Shown here piece by piece: positions 52,401 through 64,000 of a stretch of 64,000 nt of DNA. Position 1 is the first letter of the stretch, and the number at the start of each line of letters is the position of its first letter. Origin of the DNA: Eledone cirrhosa (taxonomy: Eukaryota); the NCBI GenBank assembly GCA_964016885.1, contig OZ024740.1, forward strand, positions 432,388,001-432,452,000, in the 5' to 3' direction. The notes under the pieces are model-generated. The model ran no database searches. It had not been told where the DNA came from and saw nothing but the letters and a program-made list of their open reading frames with translations. Made by a program: the position numbers and the translations under genes.

Positions 52401-55400
52401 ACATTCCAAGACCAGACTTCCCCACTGGCATGGGTTGGACAGGTTGTCACATTCCAGGACCACATTTTCCATACTGGCATGGGTTGGAGAGGTTGTCACC
52501 TTCCAAGACCACACTTTCCACACTCGCATGGGTTGGAGAGGTTGTCACCTTCCAAGACCACACTTTCCACACTCGCATGGGTTGGACACGTTGTCACATT
52601 CCAACACCACACTTTCCCCACTGGCATGGGTTGGACAGGTTGTCACATTCCAAGACCAGACTTTCCACACTGGCATGGGTTGGAGAGGTTTTCACATTCC
52701 AAGACCACACTTTCCCCACTGGCATGGGTCGGTCAGGTTGTCACATTCCAAGACCAGACTTTCCCCACTGGCAAGGGTTGAAAAGGTTGTCACATTCCAA
52801 GACCACACTTTCCCCACTGGCATGGGTTGAAAAGGTTGTCACATTCCAAGACCACACTTTCCCCACTGGCATGGGTCGGTCAGGTTGTCACATTCCAAGA
52901 CCACACTTTCCCCACTGGCATGGGTCGGTCAGGTTGTCACATTCCAAGACCACACTTTCCCCACGGTTATGGGTTGGACATGTCGCATTCCAAGACCAGA
53001 CTTTCCCCACTGGCATGGGTTTGGACAGGTTGTCACATTCCAAGACCAGACTTTCCCCACTGGCATGGGTTGGACAGTTTGTCACATTCCAAGACCAGAC
53101 TTTCCCCACTGGCACGGTTTGGACAGGTTGTCACATTCCAAGACCAGACTTTCCCCACTGGCATGGGTTGGACAGGTTGTCACATTCCAAGACCAGACCT
53201 TCCCCACTAGAATGGGTTGGACAGGTTGTCACCTTCCAAGACCAGACTTTCCCCACTGTCATGGGTTGGAGAGGTTGTCACCTTCCAAGACCAGACCTTC
53301 CCCACTAGCATGGGTTGGACAGGTTGTCACCTTCCAAGACCACATTTTCCACACTGGCATGGGTTGGAGAGGTTGTCACCTTCTAAGACCACACTTTCCA
53401 CACTGGCTTGGGTTGGACAGGTTGCCACATTCCAAGACCAGACTTTCCCCACTGGCATGGGTTGGACAGGTTGTCACATTCCAAGACCAGACTTTCCACA
53501 CTGGCATGGTTTGGAAAGGTTGTCACATTCCAAGACCACACTTTCCCCACTGGCATGGGTCGGTCAGGTTGTCACATTCCAAGACCACACTTTCCTTACG
53601 GTTATGGGTTGGACATTTTGTCACATTCCAAGACCAGACTTTCCCCACTGGCATAGGTTGGACAGGTTGTCACCTTCCAGGACCACATTTACCATACTGG
53701 CATGGGTTGGAGAGGTTGTCACGTTCCAAGACCACACTTTCCCCACTGGCATGGGCTGGACAGGTTGTCACATTCCAAGACCAGACTTTCCCCACTGGCA
53801 TGGGTTGGACATGTCACATTCCAAGACCAGACTTTCCCCACTGGCATGGGTTGGACAGGTTGTCACATTCCAAGATGAGACTTTCTCCACTGGCATGGGT
53901 TGGACAGGTTGTCATATTCCAAGACCAAACTTTTCCCACTGGCATGAGATGGACAGGTTGTCATATTCCAAGACCAGACTTTCCCCACTGGCATGGGTTG
54001 GACATGTCACATTCCAAGACCACACTTTCCCCACTGTCATGGGTTTAACAGGTTGTTACATTCCAAGACCAGACTTTCCCCACTGGCATGGGTTGGACAG
54101 GTTGTAACATTCCAAGACCACACTTTCCCCCACTGGCATGGGTTGGACAGGTTGTCACATTCCAAGGCCAGACTTTCCCCACTGGGTTTGGTTGGACAGA
54201 TTGTCACATTCCCAGACCACACTTTCCCCACTGTCAGGGGTTGGACAGGTTGTTACATTCCAAGACCAGACTTTCCCCACTGGCATGGGTTGGAGAGGTT
54301 GTCACATTCCAAGACCAGACTTTCCCCACTGGCATGTGTTGGACAGGTTGTCACATTCCAAGACCAGACTTTCCCCACTGGCATGGGTCGGTCAGGTTGT
54401 CACATTCCAAACCACACTTTCCCCACGGTTATGGGTTGGACATTTTGTCACATTCTAAGACCAGACTTTCCCCACTAGCATGGGTTGGACAGGTTGTCAC
54501 ATTCCAAGACCACACTTTCCCCACGGCTATGGGTTGGACATGTTGTCACATTCCAAGACCAGACTTTCCCTGCTGTCATGGGTTGGAGAGGTTGTCACCT
54601 TCCAAGACCACATTTTCCACACTGGCATGGGTTGGAGAGGTTGTCACCTTCCAAGACCACACTTTCCACACTGGCTTGGGTTGGACAGGTTGCCACATTC
54701 CAAGACCAGACTTTCCCCACTGGCATGGGTCGGTCAGGTTCTCACATTCCAAGACCACACTTTCCCCACTGGCATGGTTTGGAAAGATTGTCACATTCCA
54801 AGACCACACTTTCCCCACTGGCATGGGTCGGTCAGGTTGTCACATTCCAAGACCACACTTTCCTTACGGTTATGGGTTGGACATTTTGTCACATTCCAAG
54901 ACCAGACTTTCCCCACTGGCATAGGTTGGACAGGTTGTCACATTCCAGGACCACATTTTCCATACTGGCATGGGTTGGAGTGGTTGTCACGTTCCAAGAC
55001 CACACTTTCCCCACTGGCATGGGCTGGACAGGTTGTCACATTCCAAGACCAGACTTTCCCCACTGGCATGGGCTGGACAGGTTGTCACATTCCAAGACCA
55101 GACTTTCACCACTGGCATGGGTTGGACATGTCACATTCCAAGACCACACTTTCCCCACTGGCATGGGTTGGACAGGTTGTCACATTCCAAGCCCAGACTT
55201 TCACCACTGGCATGGGTTGGACATGTCACATTCCAAGACCACACTTTCCCCACTGGCATGGGTTGGACAGGTTGTCACATTCCAAGCCCAGACTTTCACC
55301 ACTGGCATGGGTTGGACATGTCACATTCCAAGACCACACTTTCCCCACTGGCATGGGTTGGACAGGTTGTCACATTCCAAGACCAGACTTTCACCACTGG

Positions 55401-58400
55401 CATGGGTTGGACATGTCACATTCCAAGACCACACTTTCCCCACTGCCATGGGTTGGACAGGTTGTCACATTCCAAGACCACACTTTCCCCACTGGCATGG
55501 GTTGGACATGTTGTCACATTCCAAGACCAGACTTTCACCACTGGCATGGGTTGGACATGTCACATACCAAGACCACACTTTCCCCACTGGCATAGGTTGG
55601 ACATGTTGTCACATTCCAAGACCAGACTTTCACCACTGGCATGGGTTGGACATGTCACATTCCAAGACCACACTTTCCCCACTGCCATGGGTTGGACAGG
55701 TTGTCACATTCCAAGACCACACTTTCCCCACTGGCATGGGTTGGAGAGGTTGTCACCTTCCATGACCACACTTTCCCCACTGGCATGGGTTGGACAGGTT
55801 GTCACCTTCCAAGACCAGACTTTCCCCACTGTCATGGGTTAGAGAGGTTGTCACCTTCCAAGACCACATTTTCCACACTGGCACGGGTCGGTCAGGTTGT
55901 CACATTCCAAGACCAGACCTTCCCCACTGGCATGGGTTGGACAGGTTGTAACATTCCAAGACCACACTTTCCCCTCTGGCATGGGTTGGTCAGGTTGTCA
56001 CATTCCAAGACCAGACCTTCCCCACTGGCATGGGTTGGACAGGTTGTAACATTCCAAGACCACACTTTCCCCTCTGGCATGGGTTGGACAGGTTGTAACA
56101 TTCCAAGACCACACTTTCCCCACTGGCATGGGTTGGTCAGGTTGTCACATTCCAAGACCAGACCTTCCCCACTGGCATGGGTTGGACAGGTTGTAACATT
56201 CCAAGACCACACTTTCCCCTCTGGCATGGGTCGGTCAGGTTCTCACATTCCAAGACCAGACTTTCCCCACTGGCATGGGTTGGACAGGTTGTAACATTCC
56301 AAGACCACACTTTCCCCACTGGCATGGGTTGGACAGGTTGTCACATTCCAAGACCAGACTTTTCCCACTGGCATGGGATGGACAGGTTGTCATATTCCAA
56401 GACCAGACTTTCCCCACTGGCATGGGTTGGACAGGTTGTCACATTCCAAGACCAGACTTTCCCCACTGGCACGGGATGGACAGGTTGTCACATTCCAAGA
56501 CCACACTATCCCCACTGGCATGGGTTTGGACAGGTTGTCATATTCCAAGACCAGACTTTTCCCACTGGCATGGGATGGACAGGTTGTCATATTCCAAGAC
56601 CAGACTTTCCCCACTGGCATGGGTTGGACAGGTTGTCACATTCCAAGACCAGACTTTCCCCACTGGCATGGGTTGGACAGTGTGTCATATTCCAAGACCA
56701 GACTTTCCCCACTGGCATGGGTTGGACAGGTTGTCACATTCCAAGACCAGACTTTCCCCACTGGCATGGGTTGGACAGGTTGTCACATTCCAAGACCAGA
56801 CTTTCCCCACTGGCATGGGTTGGACAGGTTGTTACATTCCAAGACCAGACTTTCCTCACTGGCATGGGTTGGACAAGTTGTCACATTCCAAGACCAGACT
56901 TTCCTCACTGGCATGGGTTGGACAGGTTGTCACATTCCAAGACCAGACTTTCCCCACTGGCATGGGTTGGACAGGTTGTTACATTCCAAGACCAGACTTT
57001 CCTCACTGGCATGGGTTGGACAAGTTGTCACATTCCAAGACCAGACTTTCCTCACTGGCATGGGTTGGACAGGTTGTCACATTCCAAGACCAGACTTTCA
57101 ACACTGGCATGGGTCGGTCAGGTTGTCACATTCCAAGACCACACTTTCCCCACGGTTATGGGTTGGACATTTTGTCACATTCCAAGACCAGACTTTCCCC
57201 ACTGGCATGGGTTGGACAGGTTGTCACATTCCAAGACCAGACTTTCCCCACTGGCATGGGTTGGACAGTGTGTCATATTCCAAGACCAGACTTTCCCCAC
57301 TGGCATGGGTTGGACAGGTTGTCACATTCCAAGACCACACTTTCCCCACTGGCATAGGTTGGACATGTTGTCACATTCCAAGACCAGACTTTCACCACTG
57401 TCATGGGTTGGACAGGTTGTCACATTCCAGGACCACATTTTCCATACTGGCATGGGTTGGAGAGGTTGTCACCTTCCATGACCACACTTTCCCCACTGGC
57501 ATGGGTTGGACAGGTTGTCACCTTCCAAGACCAGACTTTCCCCACTGTCATGGGTTAGAGAGGTTGTCACCTTCCAAGACCACATTTTCCACACTGGCAT
57601 GGGTTGGAGAGGTTGTCACCTTCCATGACCACACTTTCCCCACTGGCATGGGTTGGACAGGTTGCCACATTCCAAGACCAGACTTTCCCCAATGGCATGG
57701 GTTGGACAGGTTGTCACATTCCAAGACCAGACTTTCCACACTGGCATGGGTTGGAGAGGTTGTCACATTCCAAGACCACACTTTCCCCACTGGCATGGGT
57801 CGGTCAGGTTCTCACATTCCAAGACCAGACTTTCCCCACTGGCATGGTTTGGAAAGGTTGTCACATTCCAAGACCACACTTTCCCCTCTGGCATGGGTCG
57901 GTCAGGTTCTCACATTCCAAGACCAGACTTTCCCCACTGGCATGGTTTGGAAAGGTTCTCACATTCCAAGACCACACTTTCCCCACTGGCATGGGTTGGA
58001 CAGGTTGTAACATTCCAAGACCACACTTTCCCCCACTGGCATGGGTTGGACAGGTTGTCACATTCCAAGACCAGACTTCCCCCACTGGCATGGGTTGGTC
58101 AGGTTGTCACATTCCAAGACCAGACTTCCCCCACTGGCATGGGTTTGGACAGGTTGTCACATTCCAAGACCAGACTTTTCCCACTGGCACGGGATGGACA
58201 GGTTGTCACATTCCAAGACCAGACTTTTCCCACTGGCACGGGATGGACAGGTTGTCACATTCCAAGACCACACTATCCCCACTGGCATGGGTTTGGACAG
58301 GTTGTCATATTCCAAGACCAGACTTTTCCCACTGGCACGGGATGGACAGGTTGTCACATTCCAAGACCAGACTTTTCCCACTGGCACGGGATGGACAGGT

Positions 58401-61400
58401 TGTCACATTCCAAGACCACACTATCCCCACTGGCATGGGTTTGGACAGGTTGTCATATTCCAAGACCAGACTTTTCCCACTGGCACGGGATGGACAGGTT
58501 GTCACATTCCAAGACCACACTATCCCCACTGGCATGGGTTTGGACAGGTTGTCATATTCCAACGCCAGACTTTTCCCACTGGCATGGGATGGACAGGTTG
58601 TCACATTCCAAGACCAGACTTTCCCCACTGGCATGGGTTGGACAGTGTGTCATATTCCAAGACCAGACTTTCCCCACTGGCATGGGTTGGACAGGTTGTC
58701 ACATTCCAAGACCAGACTTTCCCCACTGGCATGGGTTGGACAGGTTGTCACATTCCAAGACCAGACTTTCCCCACTGGCATGGGTTGGACAGGTTGTTAC
58801 ATTCCAAGACCAGACTTTCCTCACTGGCATGGGTTGGACAAGTTGTCACATTCCAAGACCAGACTTTCCTCACTGGCATGGGTTGGACAGGTTGTCACAT
58901 TCCAAGACCAGACTTTCCCCATTGGCATGGGTTGGACAGGTTGTTACATTCCAAGACCAGACTTTCCTCACTGGCATGGGTTGGACAAGTTGTCACATTC
59001 CAAGACCAGACTTTCCTCACTGGCATGGGTTGGACAGGTTGTCACATTCCAAGACCAGACTTTCCCCACTGGCATGGGTCGGTCAGGTTGTCACATTCCA
59101 AGACCACACTTTCCCCACGGTTATGGGTTGGACATTTTGTCACATTCCAAGACCAGACTTTCCCCACTGGCATGGGTTGGACAGGTTGTCACATTCCAAG
59201 ACCAGACTTTCCACACTGGCATGGGTTGGACAGTGTGTCATATTCCAAGACCAGACTTTCCCCACTGGCATGGGTTGGACAGGTTGTCACATTCCAAGAC
59301 CAGACTTTCCCCACTGGCATGGGTTGGACAGGTTGTCACATTCCAAGACCAGACTTTCCCCACTGGCATGGGTTGGACAGGTTGTTACATTCCAAGACCA
59401 GACTTTCCTCACTGGCATGGGTTGGACAAGTTGTCACATTCCAAGACCAGACTTTCCTCACTGGCATGGGTTGGACAGGTTGTCACATTCCAAGACCAGA
59501 CTTTCCCCACTGGCATGGGTCGGTCAGGTTGTCACATTCCAAGACCACACTTTCCCCACGGTTATGGGTTGGACATTTTGTCACATTCCAAGACCAGACT
59601 TTCCCCACTGGCATGGGTTGGCCAGGTTGTCACATTCCAGGACCACATTTTCCATACTGGCATGGGTTGGAGAGGTTGTCACGTTCCAAGACCACACTTT
59701 CCCCACTGGCATGGGCTGGACAGGTTGTCACATTCCAAGACCAGACTTTCCCCACTGGCATGGGTTGGACATGTCACATTCCAAGACCACACTTTCCCCA
59801 CTGTCATGGGTTGGACAGGTTGTTACATTCCAAGACCAGACTTTCCCCACTGGCATGGGTTGGACAGGTTGTAACATTCCAAGACCACACTTTCCCCCAC
59901 TGGCACGGGTTGGACAGGTTGTCACATTCCAAGACCAGACTTTCCCCACTGGCTTTGGTTGGACAGATTGTCACATTCCCAGACCACACTTTCCCCACTG
60001 TCATGGGTTGGACAGGTTGTTCCATTCCAAGACCAGACTTTCCCCACTGGCATGGGTTGGACAGTTTGTCACATTCCAAGACCAGACTTTCCCCACGGTT
60101 ATGGGTTGGACAGGTTGTCACATTCCAAGACCACACTTTCCCCACGGTTATGGGTTGGACAGGTTGTCACATTCCAAGACCAGACCTTCCCCACTAGCAT
60201 GGGTTGGACAGGTTGTCACCTTCCAAGACCAGACTTTCCCCACTGTCATGGGTTGGAGAGGTTGTCACCTTCCAAGACCAGACCTTCCCCACTAGCATGG
60301 GTTGGACAGGTTGTCACCTTCCAAGACCACATTTTCCACACTGGCATGGGTTGGAGAGGTTGTCACCTTGTAAGACCACACTTTCCACACTGGCTTGGGT
60401 TGGACAGGTTGTCACATTCCAAGACCAGACTTTCCACACTGGCATGGTTTGGAAAGGTTGTCACATTCCAAGACCACACTTTCCCCACTGGCATGGGTCG
60501 GTCAGGTTTCACATTCCAAGACCACACTTTCCCCACTGGCATGGGTTGGACAGGTTGTCAACTTCCAGGACCACATTTACCATACTGGCATGGGTTGGAG
60601 AGGTTGTCACGTTCCAAGACCACACTTTCCCCACTGGCATGGGTTGGACAGGTTGCCACATTCCAAGACCAGACTTTCCCCAATGGCATGTGTTGGACAG
60701 GTTGTCACATTCCAAGACCAGACTTTCCACACTGGCATGGTTTGGAGAGGTTGTCACATTCTAAGACCAGACTTTCCCCACTGGCATGGGTCGGTCAGGT
60801 TCTCACATTCCAAGACCACACTTTCCCCACTGGCATGGTTTGGAAAGATTGTCACATTCCAAGACCACACTTTCCCCACTGGCATGGGTCGGTCAGGTTG
60901 TCACATTCCAAGACCACACTTTCCTTACGGTTATGGGTTGGACATTTTGTCACATTCCAAGACCAGACTTTCCCCACTGGCATGGGTTGGACAGGTTGTC
61001 ACATTCCAGGACCACATTTTCCATACTGGCATGGGTTGGAGTGGTTGTCACGTTCCAAGACCACACTTTCCCCACTGGCATGGGTTGGACAGGTTGTCAC
61101 ATTCCAAGATGAGACTTTCTCCACTGGCATGGGTTGGACAGGTTGTCATATTCCAAGACCAAACTTTTCCCACTGGCATGGGATTGACAGGTTGTCACAT
61201 TCCAAGACCAGACTCTCTCCACTGGCATGGGTTGGACAGGTTGTCACATTCCAAGATGAGACTTTCTCCACTGGCACGGGTTGGACATGTCACATTCCAA
61301 GACCACACTTTCCCCACTGGCATAGGTTGGACATGTTGTCACATTCCAAGACCAGACTTTCACCACTGGCATGGGTTGGACATGTCACATTCCAACACCA

Positions 61401-64000
61401 CACTTTCCCCACTGGCATAGGTTGGACATGTTGTCACATTCCAAGACCACACTTTCCCCACTGGCATGGGTTGGACAGGTTGTCACATTCCAAGACCAGA
61501 CTTCCCCCACTGGCATGGGTTGGACAGGTTGTCACATTCCAAGACCAGACTTCCCCCACTGGCATGGGTTGGACAGGTTGTCACATTCCAAGACCAGACT
61601 TTCCCCACTGGCATGGGTTGGACATGTCACATTCCAAGACCAGACTTCCCCCACTGGCATGGGTTGGACAGGTTGTCACATTCCAAGACCAGACTTTCCC
61701 CACTGGCACGGGTTGGACATGTCACATTCCAAGACCACACTTTCCCCACTGGCATGGGTTGGACAGGTTGTAACATTCCAAGACCACACTTTCCCCCACT
61801 GGCATGGGTTGGAGAGGTTGTCACATTCCAAGACCAGACTTCCCCCACTGGCTTTGGTTGGACAGATTGTCACATTCCAAGACCACACTATCCCCACTGG
61901 CATGGGTTGGAGAGGTTGTCACATTCCAAGACCAGACTTCCCCCACTGGCATGGGTTGGACAGGTTGTAACATTCCAAGACCACACTTTCCCCACTGGCA
62001 TGGGTTGGACAGGTTGTAACATTCCAAGACCACACTTTCCCCCACTGGCATGGGTTGGACAGGTTGTCACATTCCAAGACCACACTTTCCCCCACTGGCA
62101 TGGGTTGGAGAGGTTGTAACATTCCAAGACCAGACTTTTCCCACTGGCACGGGATGGACAGGTTGTCATATTCCAAGACCAGACTTTCCCCACTGGCATG
62201 GGTTGGACATGTCACATTCCAAGACCACACTTTCCCCACTGTCATGGGTTGGACAGGTTGTTACATTCCAAGACCAGACTTTCCCCACTGGCATGGGTTG
62301 GACAGGTTGTAACATTCCAAGACCACACTTTCCCCACTGGCATGGGTTGGAAAGGTTGTCACATTCCAAGACCAGACTTTCCCCACTGGCATGGGTTGGA
62401 CAGGTTGTCACATTCCAAGACCAGACTTTCCCCACTGGCATGGGTTGGACAGTGTGTCATATTCCAAGACCAGACTTTCCCCACTGGCATGGGTTGGACA
62501 GGTTGCCACATTCCAAGACCAGACTTTCCCCACTGGCATGGGTTGGACAGGTTGTCACATTCCAAGACCAGACTTTCCCCACTGGCATGGGTTGGACAGG
62601 TTGTTACATTCCAAGACCAGACTTTCCTCACTGGCATGGGTTGGACAGGTTGTCACATTCCAAGACCAGACTTTCCCCACTGGCATGGGTCGGTCAGGTT
62701 GTCACATTCCAAGACCACACTTTCCCCACGGTTATGGGTTGGACATTTTGTCACATTCCAAGACCAGACTTTCCCCACTGGCATGGGTTGGACAGGTTGT
62801 CACATTCCAGGACCACATTTTCCATACTGGCATGCGTTGGAGAGGTTGTCACGTTCCAAGACCACACTTTCCCCACTGGCATGGGTTGGACAGGTTGTCA
62901 CATTCCAAGACCAGACTTTCCCCACTGGCATGGGTTGGACATGTCACATTCCAAGACCACACTTTCCCCACTCTCATGGGTTGGACAGGTTGTTACATTC
63001 CAAGACCAGACTTTCCCCACTGGCATGGGTTGGACAGGTTGTAACATTCCAAGACCACACTTTCCCCACTGGCATGGGTTGGAAAGGTTGTCACATTCCA
63101 AGACCAGACTTTCCCCACTGGCATGGGTTGGACAGGTTGTCACATTCCAAGACCAGACTTTCCCCACTGGCATGGGTTGGACAGTGTGTCATATTCCAAG
63201 ACCAGACTTTCCCCACTGGCATGGGTTGGACAGGTTGCCACATTCCAAGACCAGACTTTCCCCACTGGCATGGGTTGGACAGGTTGTCACATTCCAAGAC
63301 CAGACTTTCCCCACTGGCATGGGTTGGACAGGTTGTTACATTCCAAGACCAGACTTTCCTCACTGGCATGGGTTGGACAGGTTGTCACATTCCAAGACCA
63401 GACTTTCCCCACTGGCATGGGTCGGTCAGGTTGTCACATTCCAAGACCACACTTTCCCCACGGTTATGGGTTGGACATTTTGTCACATTCCAAGACCAGA
63501 CTTTCCCCACTGGCATGGGTTGGACAGGTTGTCACATTCCAGGACCACATTTTCCATACTGGCATGCGTTGGAGAGGTTGTCACGTTCCAAGACCACACT
63601 TTCCCCACTGGCATGGGTTGGACAGGTTGTCACATTCCAAGACCAGACTTTCCCCACTGGCATGGGTTGGACATGTCACATTCCAAGACCACACTTTCCC
63701 CACTCTCATGGGTTGGACAGGTTGTTACATTCCAAGACCAGACTTTCCCCACTGGCATGGGTTGGACAGGTTGTAACATTCCAAGACCACACTTTCCCCC
63801 ACTGGCATGGTTTGGACAGGTTGTCACATTCCAAGACCAGACTTTCCCCACTGACTTTGGTTGGACAGATTGTCACATTCCCAGACCACACTTTCCCCAC
63901 TGTCATGGGTTGGACAGGTTGTTCCATTCCAAGACCAGACTTTCCCCACTGGCATGGGTTGGACAATTTGTCACATTCCAAGACCAGACTTTCCCCACTG
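16431..64000 (+). repeat. 49-bp satellite DNA array, ~970 monomers, continues past window end; consensus CTTTCCCCACTGGCATGGGTTGGACAGGTTGTCACATTCCAAGACCA(C/G)A
   Basis: Head-to-tail monomers, typically 0-4 differences each, with 46-50-bp length variants. I saw no foreign insertion or inversion. Confidence 0.99.

Noticed and set aside
16430-64000. Long ORFs (up to 995 aa) as real protein-coding genes
   Set aside because: They are open in all three frames at once because of a stop-free 49-bp unit. The period is not a multiple of 3, stops and indels are scattered, and there is no unique domain.
16431-64000. CRISPR array, or a diversity-generating cassette array
   Set aside because: Monomers are contiguous with no unique spacers. 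There are no cas, recombinase or intact RT genes, and the context is eukaryotic. Variation is explained by point mutation plus block duplication.

Overview
Repeat-dominated eukaryotic DNA: AT-rich, with (TA)n/(TG)n microsatellites, RTE-type LINE debris and tRNA-SINE relics. From recall only, the dispersed repeats resemble cephalopod/Octopus ones; this was not verified. I see no intact protein-coding gene, RNA gene or CRISPR array. Layout: 1-2365 is a 30/37-bp minisatellite. It runs directly into a decayed non-LTR retrotransposon RT (~2342-3540), which ends in a 44-bp tandem repeat. 3.7-16.4 kb is a patchwork of LINE 3' ends, SINEs, small tandem repeats and two palindromes. It also holds an RT fragment framed by ~45-bp direct repeats, and a CpG-rich promoter-like patch (~12.17-12.30 kb) with candidate minus-strand exons. 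16431-64000 (runs off the window) is one head-to-tail 49-bp satellite (~970 monomers) with nested higher-order duplications and variant zonation. All long ORFs in the track are artefacts of a stop-free 49-bp monomer. The most interesting pattern is that three tandem arrays (30, 44 and 49 bp) each appear to be amplified from retroelement sequence still visible at their junctions, i.e. a local record of TE-to-satellite birth at three sizes.
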